DNA from: Octopus bimaculoides | Taxonomy: Eukaryota | Assembly: GCF_001194135.2 (NCBI RefSeq) | Contig: NC_068998.1 | Location: 48,392,152-48,448,012, forward strand | Direction of reading: 5' to 3' | DNA length: 55,861 nucleotides | Shown here: positions 38,531-50,913 of the stretch, in pieces | Layout: each line of letters opens with the position of its first letter | Numbering within the stretch: the first letter of the stretch is position 1 | The notes under the pieces: generated by a model | Database searches by the model: none | What the model was told of the DNA's origin: nothing | The model's input: the letters and a program-made list of their open reading frames with translations, nothing else | Program-made: the position numbers and the translations under genes

Positions 38531-39215
38531 TTAAGAATAATTTCTCATACAAGCAAGGCCAGCAATTTAACTTTGAGCATTACAAAATATTTTTTTTTAA
38601 ATACCATAAAAATCATGAAAACCAGACCATGTTTTAACTTTATTCAACTGATATAGTCTATACACATTCACACAAATCCAACACTATATATATATGTAAG
38701 GCCTTATTTCCACACACGTCAGCTTAATTTTATTCATCCTTAGTCGAAAGACATCTGTTGTGATGTCCCGTTATTATTCCTACTCTATTTGTGTAACACT
38801 GTTTGTTTTTTTCAGTCCTTGTTTTTGTATGTATTCGCTGCTTTCTTCCAAGGAATCTAATGCTCTTAGTTTAGTTTTTCCTTGGGGCTGGCCAGATTGG
38901 AGCAATATCGAGAATAACCAGCCGAAATTGCAAGGATAATCTGGATCTCGACTGAAGAAAGAAAACTCCAAATGATCTGTCCGTGTTTTCTTTGTATCGT
39001 CTGTCTGTTTGTTTTGTCCCTTTCTTGTATCACCTAACTGTCTGGATGTTTTGCGTTCTTGTCCCATTCTGTATTATTTATACATATATATATATATATA
39101 TAGGTTGAATGAGAGGAAAACAATTAATCAAGGCAGAACTATGGCATTTAGAATTTATTTAGTTGAGTTTAATTTAAGAGAGTTAATGCAATGTAGGTAG
39201 AATTAATCGCTATAG

Positions 39216-39305
39216 TCTCTTACAGCTGTTTCTGGGATATCCCAGCTACTGAATCATTGTATTGATCCAAGGTTCCATAAACTGGATATTCCATCATCGG
39301 AGAAA
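39216..39305 (-). ncRNA. Type I hammerhead-ribozyme-like motif (Penelope/retrozyme-type) with CCGAUGA core variant
   Basis: Minus RNA: UUUCU-CCGAUGA-UGGAAUAUCCAG..loop..CUGGGAUAUCCCA-GAAAC-AGCU-GUA^AGAGA. Stems I, II and III can all pair. Confidence 0.55.
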
Positions 39306-40049
39306 TATAAGCAGGAAATTATATAGACAGGAACATTTGTTGTATAAAACTCTGTAGCACTTTAGAAAGTTCATGGTTTATTATATATATATATAAATGT
39401 CAGGATTATCACCATAGCTACACAATAAGGTATTGAACATTTAAGCTCTCTTGATTAAAAGAAAAAAAAAAATCTAACTTATCTGAGTGACACTGATTGG
39501 TTAATTAAATTCAACCAGTCTTTACATACTCCAGTCTCTTCGCCTCGACATATGGAAACTAATTATCTATTACGATCTGTACGGACAGTTAACTAGTCTT
39601 CTATTTTCTTGATAAAAGCATTTTAAATTTGATGTTTTGGAATATAAAGATTAAAGAACAAAAAATGGTGCTAAGCTGGGCTGCCCATTGTTGTTGTGAT
39701 TATTAAAATCATTTTGTAGTGTTGCTTTAAATTATTATGATTCAGTTATCTTTATCCTCTCCCCGCCCCCTGAACCCTGGGATTGGTGTAATTGACTAGC
39801 CCCTCCCTCCAATCTTTCAGGTATTGCACCTGGAGTAGAAAGTGTTGGCAGAATCATTAGCACGCTCTACAAAATGCTTAGTAGTATTTTGCCTTTCGTC
39901 TTTTCGGGGTCGATAAAATGAGTACCAGCTGAACACTGGGGGGGATCAATGTAATCAACTCGTCCCCCCACCTCCCCGCAAGCTGCCCTTCTGGCAAAAA
40001 TTTGAAATTATTATTATTATTATTATTATTTGCTGTAGCTCATATTTTG

Positions 40050-40123
40050 TCAGGCGGTGGTGATCAATGAAGATCCTTCCATCCCCCTTTTACCAAGTAT
40101 ATCACTGGTATCTTCCTCAATAG
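40050..40123 (-). CDS. Candidate alternative terminal coding exon (phase 1)
   Basis: Acceptor CATGTTTACTTTCTTAG|CT, then IEEDTSDILGKRGMEGSSLITTA*. Confidence 0.3.
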
Positions 40124-40382
40124 CTAAGAAAGTAAACATGTCATGGACAATATTCAATTTGATGGAAGATAAGTAAAGTAAAAACGAAAAAAAAACTATA
40201 ATAAAAATGATTTTAATGTAAATAAATGGATAAAGGACAATGTGAGAATTCAAATCAAAACTAATTTCTCTCTCACACACAAGCACACTGCATATATGTA
40301 TGTATGTATGTATGAATATATATATATATATATATATACAATGTAAAAATCAAAGTATACAATGTTATAAATTTATTTCAGC

Positions 40383-40474
40383 TCCCCTTACCAACTGGTT
40401 TCTCACAGGGTATTAGGTAACTGGATATTAGATAACAGAGCAGTTAAGTAACACCACGTACTCTTCAGAGATGG
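40383..40474 (-). ncRNA. Second hammerhead-ribozyme-like motif with canonical CUGAAGA core
   Basis: Minus RNA: CCAUCU-CUGAAGA-[long hairpin: GGUGUU/AAUACC, UAACUG/CAGUUA]-GAAAC-CAGUUG-GUA^AGGGGA. Stem I and the base of stem II are imperfect. Confidence 0.45.
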
Positions 40475-41049
40475 CAGGTATAGAAGAAATATAGGATCAT
40501 CATAGATGACTCTATATATATATATATANNNNNNNNNNNNNNNNNNNNNNNNNNNNNNNNNNNNNNNNNNNNNNNNNNNNNNNNNNNNNNNNNNNNNNNN
40601 NNNNNNNNNNNNNNNNNNNNNNNNNNNNNNNNNNNNNNNNNNNNNNNNNNNNNNNNNNNNNNNNNNNNNNNNNNNNNNNNNNNNNNNNNNNNNNNNNNNN
40701 NNNNNNNNNNNNNNNNNNNNNNNNNNNNNNNNNNNNNNNNNNNNNNNNNNNNNNNNNNNNNNNNNNNNNNNNNNNNNNNNNNNNNNNNNNNNNNNNNNNN
40801 NNNNNNNNNNNNNNNNNNNNNNNNNNNNNNNNNNNNNNNNNNNNNNNNNNNNNNNNNNNNNNNNNNNNNNNNNNNNNNNNNNNNNNNNNNNNNNNNNNNN
40901 NNNNNNNNNNNNNNNNNNNNNNNNNNNNNNNNNNNNNNNNNNNNNNNNNNNNNNNNNNNNNNNNNNNNNNNNNNNNNNNNNNNNNNNNNNNNNNNNNNNN
41001 NNNNNNNNNNNNNNNNNNNNNNNNNNNNNNNNNNNNNNNNNNNNNNNNN

Positions 41050-41095
<46 letters not shown>

Positions 41096-43064
41096 TATAT
41101 ATACATACATACATACACACACACTCACCTAGATACACACACACATACTTAAAAACATGCATTTACTTGCATATTATACATGTGTATGCGCTAATATATA
41201 TGCTTTCTCTACAAACCGCAATAGTGATGTTAGTGGATGGTGGTGCAATAGTTGATGTGATGGTACATATGAAAACAGAGGAGAGAGGAGGAGGAGGAGG
41301 AGAGAAAGAGATAAATATAGGGAGCATCCAAGAGGGAGGTAGCAATGTGATATAGGTGGGGTGGTGGGTAGCAATATTAGTATAATGGTGGTGGTGGTGG
41401 TGTGAGGATGAAGAACTAAAAAAAAAACAGGTTCCTTATCTGAAAATGGTGGTGGTGGTAATGGGGGAAGGTAGTAGGGTAGAGAAAGAGCAGGAGACAG
41501 GTGGACAGATTGATTGGTTGGTTAATTGATTGACAGTCAGGTAAATAGCTAGTTAGAGAGAGGTAGGTAGACTGACAGATTGGCAGATAAATAGGACATA
41601 CAGGTAGATAGGTAGGTAGGTAGATATAGATGAATAGATATATGGATGGACAGAGAAAAATAGAAAAGAAGAAAAATTATATAGGACCCCCTATATATAN
41701 NNNNNNNNNNNNNNNNNNNNNNNNNNNNNNNNNNNNNNNNNNNNNNNNNNNNNNNNNNNNNNNNNNNNNNNNNNNNNNNNNNNNNNNNNNNNNNNNNNNN
41801 NNNNNNNNNNNNNNNNNNNNNNNNNNNNNNNNNNNNNNNNNNNNNNNNNNNNNNNNNNNNNNNNNNNNNNNNNNNNNNNNNNNNNNNNNNNNNNNNNNNN
41901 NNNNNNNNNNNNNNNNNNNNNNNNNNNNNNNNNNNNNNNNNNNNNNNNNNNNNNNNNNNNNNNNNNNNNNNNNNNNNNNNNNNNNNNNNNNNNNNNNNNN
42001 NNNNNNNNNNNNNNNNNNNNNNNNNNNNNNNNNNNNNNNNNNNNNNNNNNNNNNNNNNNNNNNNNNNNNNNNNNNNNNNNNNNNNNNNNNNNNNNNNNNN
42101 NNNNNNNNNNNNNNNNNNNNNNNNNNNNNNNNNNNNNNNNNNNNNNNNNNNNNNNNNNNNNNNNNNNNNNNNNNNNNNNNNNNNNNNNNNNNNNNNNNNN
42201 NNNNNNNNNNNNNNNNNNNNNNNNNNNNNNNNNNNNNNNNNNNNNNNNNNNNNNNNNNNNNNNNNNNNNNNNNNNNNNNNNNNNNNNNNNNNNNNNNNNN
42301 NNNNNNNNNNNNNNNNNNNNNNNNNNNNNNNNNNNNNNNNNNNNNNNNNNNNNNNNNNNNNNNNNNNNNNNNNNNNNNNNNNNNNNNNNNNNNNNNNNNN
42401 NNNNNNNNNNNNNNNNNNNNNNNNNNNNNNNNNNNNNNNNNNNNNNNNNNNNNNNNNNNNNNNNNNNNNNNNNNNNNNNNNNNNNNNNNNNNNNNNNNNN
42501 NNNNNNNNNNNNNNNNNNNNNNNNNNNNNNNNNNNNNNNNNNNNNNNNNNNNNNAATATCTGTTGTTGCTGACGGTGGTGGAGGTGGGGGGAAGGTTGGG
42601 GGTGGAGTAGAAAAATCAACAATAACAACAAAAAAAAAAGGTCGTAATAACCCCTAATCCACCCTAATACTTAATAATTTTCCCACCCACCCCAAAATTA
42701 ACAGTTAAACCCCACCCTCCCAATTTAAATCGTTAATCAAGGTGGGTTAGAACAATTTGTGAAATAATTATCAATTTTTCTTTTTTTTCTTTTTTTTTTT
42801 GGAATTTTTTCTTTCTGTTTTTTGTTTTAAAGTACAAATAAAAAAAAAATTAAATAAATAAAAAAAAGGATAAAAGTTAATACCATTATCATTAGTATAA
42901 TTACAATTATTGTCAATATTATTATTATTATTATTATTATTATCAAATGTCCATATGGCAATAGAAAGAAATTAACATTGTATAATCACTGTTGATGCAA
43001 TTGTTGTTGCTGTCAATATTATAATCATTATTATTATTATTATTATTATAACCGTCAGTAGTTT

Positions 43065-43240
43065 TCATACTGATGTTTCTCGGAAAACTCGGACAGAGGT
43101 GCCGTTGTGTTGTACATGGATGTATTTCGTGGTGTCCACTTGAGAGATCTTTACTTGAGTGCTAGGGACGATAATGTCAGTTGTAAGGAGACACTGCGCA
43201 AGTGCAGAGTCCAGCTTGTCACTCTCTGATGGGGTTTTAC
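43065..43240 (-). CDS. Candidate coding exon (phase 1 in), probably terminal, ending in class I PDZ-ligand-like RETSV*
   Basis: Strong acceptor TCTGTTTTATTTTCTACAG|G. Frame KTPSESDKLDSALAQCLLTTDIIVPSTQVKISQVDTTKYIHVQHNGTSVRVFRETSV*. Composition switches to intronic AT-rich DNA on both sides. The final GTATGA could instead be a donor. Confidence 0.55.
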
Positions 43241-43967
43241 CTGTAGAAAATAAAACAGAGCAGGTAGAAGAAATGTAAAGAAACACACACACACACACAC
43301 ATATATATATGTTATCGTCATTTTAACAGACCATGTTTCCATGCTTGCAAAGGGTTGGACATAGTTTCTTGAGACAGATCTTCTATGGCTCAATGCTCTT
43401 CTGTTCGCTGAGTCTTACCTGTTTCCAACAACCACAATATTTCCCCCATGGCTAGATATGTTTGTGTAGGATATTAGAAATGAATGACATTCATTTAGAA
43501 CAATCATGTGATCTCAAAACAAAGATACTCACACACTCTCACACATACACTCACTCACACGCTCGCCCTCTCTCTCTCTCTCACGCCCTCTCTCCCTCTC
43601 TCATGCCCTCTCTCTTTCTCGTGCCCTCTCTCTCTTGGAAAAGTGGAACTTAAGCAGAAATGGTAAAAACTGATGCCAATCTGCTGAAACTAACAAAAAA
43701 ACAGATGACTAAAGAATAGCAAGCTGTTGTGTTGGAAAGGACTCTCCCAACCCATGCAAGCATGAGAACGTAGATGTAAAATTGAACATTCAAAGGAAGA
43801 TATATCGAAATGTCTTGAGAGACAAACAAATAACTGTAATTTTAGATTTCAATTGTCAATGAAATAACGGACATTTATTATACAACAGCTTTATAAATAT
43901 ATTTTTTTAAATAATATATACATACTCAAATATACATGTATACATACAGATATAAAGACATTTACAC

Positions 43968-44011
<44 letters not shown>

Positions 44012-44721
44012 TACACACATATACAAACACGTATACACATATACAAACAGTATACACACACACAAACACATACACACGCACAAACGCATATACTTACATA
44101 CACATATGTATACATATAGAAATGTTTACATATATATCTACACACATGCACACAAATATATATATATACTTACAGACACACACACACACACACACACAGC
44201 AGTATACATACATATAAGTTCATATACAAGAAGTTCAGAATTTACCTGTTTTTCAACAAAATTGATTTCCAATTTACACGTTTTAAAAGATTTTACTTAA
44301 AATTCCTGTCAATTTTAAACATTATTATATTCATTTTTTATTCACCAAAACCTGACAAAATTTTCTGGATGTGTATCGACATGCATTACATGTATGGTTG
44401 TGTGTACGTATGCGAACACACCTGTGCACACACATTAATACTTATATGTCCTTTGTATCAACAAGCAAGAAACATTAAAAAAATGGACTCAATACATGGT
44501 GTAGTCAAATATTTCTATACTTTTAGAATAAGGGTCACTGACTGTGACTTCGAAGTCTTGTTAAAGTAGTTTACCAAATAGTGTTTCTAATACATAGAGG
44601 GACAGGATGTACAGGTAAGAATGCATGGGAAATCAGTGAGAGAAGGTAAAAAAAAGTGTGGTGTGTGGTATTAAGATACAATGTCAGGAATTAATAAGAT
44701 GTTTCTAGTTGGATCACTGAT

Positions 44722-44992
44722 CTTTTCTACTCTAGGCACAAGGCCCGAAATTTTGGGGGAGTGGGACCAGTCGATTAGATCAGCCCTAGTACGCAACTGG
44801 TACTTAATTTATCAACCCTGAAAGGATGAAAGCCAAAGTTGACCGTGGCAGAATTTGAACTCAGAATTTGAAGACGGCGAGCTGGCAGAAACGTTACCCT
44901 GCCGGGTAAAATGCATAGCAGTATTTCGTCTGCCGTAACGTTCTGAGTTCAAATTCCGCTGAGGTCGACTTTGCCTTTCATCCTTTACGGAA
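44722..44992. mobile_element. Two family A SINE halves in inverted orientation
   Basis: Minus tail+core 44722-~44870, immediately followed by plus head+core ~44876-44992. Confidence 0.8.
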
Positions 44993-46004
44993 GGCAAAAT
45001 GGCTTGATGATGCATGCAGCTAATTATTTCCAGTTTAGCTTCCAAATTGAGTGATTTCTTCAATTCCTTGATTGATTCATTGATAAATTTTTTCTCTGGT
45101 ACGACATCTTTGGAAGAGAGTAGATCAGGAGATATGAAGTGGTATATTTGGGAGATGAGATTGGAAGCTTAACTGAGAAGACCCAACACTGCCATTGCTG
45201 GGACTTACAAACCTCTCGCGTGTATGTCTGTATTTAGTTCACAGATAAGATCCAAATGTTCTCAGTATAGAATACAGTTAGTAGTGCTCAATGTTTGTGT
45301 ATGTGTGAGTGGGTGTGTAAATTTTACAGACACATGAAATCACATATGTTCTGTGAATGGGTTTAAATAAATGGACCTGAAGCAGTATAAGACATTTTAA
45401 TGTTACCTTGGATTAGATTATTGTCATTATTGGCTTCCATACTTACAAGAACCTTTTATTTCACTGCCATCTCCACCAATAAAACCACCACCACCACCAC
45501 TTCAAATAACCCCAAACCTTAATTCGGAAAGTGAACTGCCATCTGTATCTCAAGCAGTCATTGAAATCAAATTGATCATAATCTAATAAGATTACCTAGC
45601 CCTGTCACAACAACAACAACAATAGTGGTGGTAGTAGTAGTAGCAGTAGTAGTGGCAGCAGCAATTTTATGAAGTCTACAGAGACTTCATACAAGACCAA
45701 TTGTCTGCTACAAGACAGAGATTATAAATGACATAATAACACAAGTGTGTGATGTTATTCCACTCACACAGCCTCTCCTAATGCCTACGTCCACCATGAC
45801 CGAAATTATCACTGCACTTTCTGACCAAAAGCATACACCACCAGACTGCCAATAATGGTCATTAAGATAAAAAAAAAAAAAAATTCTTTAACCTTTAAGC
45901 ATTCAAATTATTCTATCAAATGCAATTCTTATTTCTTCACATTGTTTTTGAATTTATCCGGCATTATCTTGTAGCTGTGAGATTTTAATTAAGTGACTCT
46001 TTTA

Positions 46005-46205
46005 CTCTTTTACTTGTTTCAGTCATTTGACTGTGGCCATGCTGGAGCACCGCCTTTAGTCAAGCAAATCGACCCCAGGACTTATTCTTTGTAATCCTAG
46101 TACTTATTCTATTGGTCTCTTTTGCCAAACTGCTAAGTTACGGGGACGTAAACACACCAGCATCGGTTGTCAAACGATGTTGGGGGGGGACAAACACAGG
46201 CACAC
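46005..46205 (-). mobile_element. SINE family B 3' half
   Basis: TACTCTTTTACTTGTTTCAGTCATTTGACTGTGGCCATGCTGGAGCACCGCC...GGGGACGTAAACACACCAGCATCGGTTGTCAA, followed by a large TA/CA tract. Confidence 0.92.
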
Positions 46206-46211
46206 AAACAA

Positions 46212-46257
<46 letters not shown>

Positions 46258-46731
46258 ACATATACATATATATATATATACATATATATATATACATATA
46301 TATATATACATATATATATATACATATATATATATACATATATATACATATATATACATACATATATATACATATATATATACATACATATATATACATA
46401 TATATATATATACATACATANNNNNNNNNNNNNNNNNNNNNNNNNNNNNNNNNNNNNNNNNNNNNNNNNNNNNNNNNNNNNNNNNNNNNNNNNNNNNNNN
46501 NNNNNNNNNNNNNNNNNNNNNNNNNNNNNNNNNNNNNNNNNNNNNNNNNNNNNNNNNNNNNNNNNNNNNNNNNNNNNNNNNNNNNNNNNNNNNNNNNNNN
46601 NNNNNNNNNNNNNNNNNNNNNNNNNNNNNNNNNNTATACATATATATATATACATATATATACATATATATATATACATATATATACATACATATATATA
46701 TATATACATATATATACATACATATATATAC

Positions 46732-46820
<89 letters not shown>

Positions 46821-46821
46821 C

Positions 46822-46858
<37 letters not shown>

Positions 46859-48091
46859 CATATATATACATACATATATATACATATATATACATACATA
46901 TATATACATATATATATATATACATATACATATACATATATATATTGTTTCAGTCATTATACAGCAGCCATGCTGAGGCACTGCCTTGAATTGACCCCAG
47001 TACTTGTGTGTGTATGTGTAGACACCTACCTTTAGACATGAGATGGTTAATTAAAGTTCAGCCAATAGAAAGGCAACAAAACACACGTCTTTTACACACT
47101 GCTCCTCCTGCTACATGCAGGAATTATATTTTCATCCTGTTGATGCTACCTATTTTACAGCTGGGAAAGGAATGGGTGAAGCAGAATTAAGGTATCATTT
47201 AGCAGTGACACAAAGCTGCGTTTATAATGTCATTCAAAAGTCCAGTCCAGTCCAAACCAGCCTTTATTTCTTTAGGGACAGCCAGCTCTCACTTTGGAGT
47301 CACATACACACACACACACTGTACATTAACCCATTACCTACCAGTGATCTTATATGAGATCACTTAAAAATTACAAATTTCGTAATTATCTGTCGATATT
47401 TACACATATTTAACCTTTTTGCTATATCTACTAGGTATATTTCTCTGATATTCAAATGAGGTTTGCTAATTTTTCACCCAATATCTCGCTTATTTCTATT
47501 TAAAATGTTATTTTGATCATTCCAGCATGTTTCTAAGGCTGTTTTATGCTAGAAATCAAAGTTTCATAAAAAAATTCCAGTTAATAGAATTATAGGAGGT
47601 AATGGGTTAAAATGCTATCCAACAATGGTTTAACCCTTTAGTGTTCACATTATTCTGCCAAAATTGATGCTTTTTTATCCACTTTGTTTTGAACTAATCA
47701 TGCATTATCTTGTAGCTATTGAGATTTTGATGAGGTAGCTGCTAATATTTAAAACGATATTGTAGGGTTGGTGTGAGAGACCAGATCTGGCCAGTTCTAA
47801 CATAAAACAGGTAGGATACTTTTGGCCGGATATGACCGGTTTAAATGCTAAAGGGTTAAAAGATGCAGAGAAAAGATGGGAGTTTGAGGGGAAGGTTATA
47901 AACAAAATAGATTCAACTCGGCAGAAAGACAGGGAAGATGGGACAAAAGGTGAATTGATTATTTTCTTCTAATTAAAGAGAAATACAGTTAGCTCTAACA
48001 CCATGATGGAGAGTTTGGAATTAGTCTTTTATTTCACAAGGTCAATAATACCTAGGGGTCTACTCTTTCCGTTGTTGGGTGCACGTCTTAC

Positions 48092-48128
48092 CTCTAATGG
48101 CTTACAACTACAGGCTTGTCTTTTAGAG
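48092..48128 (-). CDS. Candidate 37-nt exon with strong splice sites
   Basis: TCGTTTTGTTTTATGTAG|CTCTAAAAGACAAGCCTGTAGTTGTAAGCCATTAGAG|GTAAGA. It is open only as phase 2 to 0 (SKRQACSCKPLE). Confidence 0.3.
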
Positions 48129-48782
48129 CTACATAAAACAAAACGATACTCTTTTAAGTATTATAAAATGACAGGGTGGGGACAACAAACATAACAGTAA
48201 TATAATTTCCCAAACAGCCATCACACACACACACACACACACACATGATAGCTTTCATATTAACTCTTATTTTCATTTCGTTTTTGGATTTGGTTTGCAA
48301 GATTTTTTATGTGATTTCGTGTGTTGAAGCATATTCTGTTGTGTCTGGGGAGAGTCATTTTCTTATCGTGCCTTAAAATTTAACACACTCACCATTAAAA
48401 TTTCCACTTATTATTTTTATTTTCCTAAAATTTTCGTTGCGTCTTGCAATCTTTTCAATACTCTTGACTCTCTTATTTTCATATTAACTTTATATTATCA
48501 ATACCTATGGACAAATCATTTATTGTTCGTTTTATGTTAACAGGAGGGTAACAAGTGAATTTCATATAAAAAATAAAATTCTCTGTGTGTGTGTGTGTGT
48601 GTGTGATTCGAATATCAATAATTCTGCAACAGCCTCCAAGAATAGTATGTATTTGACTCACACTTGGTGCATCTGGGGGTAGCTGTGTCAGGTTTATGTG
48701 TCTCTAAACATATTCACGTTGTGCATGTGTGTATATATGAGTGTATGTGTAAGTATCTATGAGTATGTATATTTATCTGCAT

Positions 48783-48842
<60 letters not shown>

Positions 48843-50043
48843 ATTTTCAGAGTTAATAAAATGAAGTACCAGTAAAATAAGGGATCAATGCAATAATGGC
48901 CTCCACCCACCCCCTCAGAATTTCTGGCTTTGTTTAAATCAGAAATAATTATTTGTNNNNNNNNNNNNNNNNNNNNNNNNNNNNNNNNNNNNNNNNNNNN
49001 NNNNNNNNNNNNNNNNNNNNNNNNNNNNNNNNNNNNNNNNNNNNNNNNNNNNNNNNNNNNNNNNNNNNNNNNNNNNNNNNNNNNNNNNNNNNNNNNNNNN
49101 NNNNNNNNNNNNNNNNNNNNNNNNNNNNNNNNNNNNNNNNNNNNNNNNNNNNNNNNNNNNNNNNNNNNNNNNNNNNNNNNNNNNNNNNNNNNNNNNNNNN
49201 NNNNNNNNNNNNNNNNNNNNNNNNNNNNNNNNNNNNNNNNNNNNNNNNNNNNNNNNNNNNNNNNNNNNNNNNNNNNNNNNNNNNNNNNNNNNNNNNNNNN
49301 NNNNNNNNNNNNNNNNNNNNNNNNNNNNNNNNNNNNNNNNNNNNNNNNNNNNNNNNNNNNNNNNNNNNNNNNNNNNNNNNNNNNNNNNNNNNNNNNNNNN
49401 NNNNNNNNNNNNNNNNNNNNNNNNNNNNNNNNNNNNNNNNNNNNNNNNNNNNNNNNNNNNNNNNNNNNNNNNNNNNNNNNNNNNNNNNNNNNNNNNNNNN
49501 NNNNNNNNNNNNNNNNNNNNNNNNNNNNNNNNNNNNNNNNNNNNNNNNNNNNNNNNNNNNNNNNNNNNNNNNNNNNNNNNNNNNNNNNNNNNNNNNNNNN
49601 NNNNNNNNNNNNNNNNNNNNNNNNNNNNNNNNNNNNNNNNNNNNNNNNNNNNNNNNNNNNNNNNNNNNNNNNNNNNTTTTTTTTTTTTTTTTCATATAAG
49701 CACTTTGTGACTCAAACGATATCTTGAAAATCCTGCAAGAAATGGGTAAATTGTGAAGCAAATCTCAAATTTTGTTATCAAGTCAAACACGATTGTCTTT
49801 TCCTTTTCACTTACACACATCATCATCATCATCATAATTATTCAGTGTGCATGTTCCATGTTGGCATGGGTCGGATGGTGTGACAGGATCCGATGAGCTC
49901 TGATGTCAGCTTTTGCACAGTTTCTATAGCTTGATGCCCTTATAAGCATCAACCACTTTACAGCATGCACTCAGTGCTTTTATTTTTGTTTTGTTTTGTA
50001 CCACCAACATTATTGAGGTGGCACAAAAAAAAAAAATCACCCA

Positions 50044-50208
50044 GGAGTGGCTGTGTGGTAAGTAGCTTGCTTACCAACCACATCGTTCTGGGTTCAGTCC
50101 CACTGCGTGGCATCTTGAGCAGGTGTCTTTTACTATAGCCTCGGGCCGACCAAAGCCTTGTGAGTGGATTTGGTAGATGGAAACTGAAAGAAGACCGTCG
50201 TATATATG

Positions 50209-50240
<32 letters not shown>

Positions 50241-50441
50241 GGTGTGTGTTTGTCCCCCTAGCATTGCTTGACAACCAATGCTGGTGTGTTTATGTCCCCG
50301 TCACTTAGCGGTTCGGCAAAAGAGACCGATAGAATAAGTACTAGGCTTACAAAGAATAAGTCCCGGGGTCGATTTACTCAACTAAAGGTGGTGCTTCAGC
50401 ATGGCCGCAGTCAAATGACTGAAAAGAGTAAAAGAGTAAAA
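50044..50441 (+). mobile_element. SINE family B (CORE-like, OR2-like), full length with internal microsatellite
   Basis: tRNA-like head GGAGTGGCTGTGTGGTAAG...GGGTTCAGTCCC, CORE-like ATCTTGAGCAGGTGTCTT, internal (TA)n(TG)n near 50200-50250, and tail ending (AAAAGAGT)n. The family name is from memory. Confidence 0.92.
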
Positions 50442-50731
50442 TACACGCCGTAATGGGGTTGACATTAGGAAGGGCTCACATACTCACAAACACATATATA
50501 CACAATACATAAGAACAAGAGAGAAAGAGAGTGCAGCTAAGAAACCCTGAGTCTTCGATAGAAGTGTTGAAGTTCTCAGAATGGCTGGCATTCTGAGAAC
50601 TTCAAGAAATTACAATTGTGCATGGGTGGTGGTGGTGGTGGTGACAGATGGACAAACACAAACGAAATAAATGGTTGGCACTGAAGTTCTTGACATAAGT
50701 GTGTAAGGAATTTACTAGTGCATTTGTCTAC

Positions 50732-50789
50732 TTTGGGTGTAAGAGAGATGAGGGTCTATACGATGATAGTGAAGGGCTGGGCTTAGATG
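50732..50789 (-). CDS. Candidate 58-nt exon
   Basis: Strong acceptor CATCTTCCTCCTTCCTTGCAG|; weak donor AA|GTAGAC. It reads HLSPALHYHRIDPHLSYTQ (phase 0 to 1) or SKPSPSLSSYRPSSLLHP (phase 1 to 2). Confidence 0.25.
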
Positions 50790-50913
50790 CTGCAAGGAAG
50801 GAGGAAGATGATGATGTGAAAAACAACATAAAGACAGCAAATTATAAAACTAAACAATAAGCAACATTATCATCTTTTTAAACTTAAAACCATTAAAACA
50901 GGTGTCAGATTCT

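Larger units (their letters stand above)
1061..49676. other. About 15 assembly gaps (N runs), nearly all bordered by TA/CA/GA microsatellites
   Basis: N runs start near 1061, 5596, 6328, 8161, 8761, 16727, 18070, 19335, 21217, 23607, 33229, 40529, 41700, 46421 and 48957. This is typical of a short-read scaffold. Confidence 0.95.

Noticed and set aside
44995-45130. KKSLNLEAKLEIISCM resembling a pogo/Tigger HTH start
   Set aside because: Too short, with no TIR or downstream transposase sequence. The apparent donor is created by the SINE junction.
45596-45707. Minus-strand acceptor/donor pair
   Set aside because: Stops in all frames and mostly trinucleotide repeat.
47030-47160. Minus-strand segment with strong acceptor and AAG|GTAGGT donor
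   Set aside because: Stops in all three frames. It could be a non-coding exon, but such site pairs arise by chance in AT-rich introns.
731-49761. Long ORFs containing X runs or YI/HT/CV dipeptide repeats
   Set aside because: They are translations of N gaps and TA/CA/GT microsatellites, not proteins.
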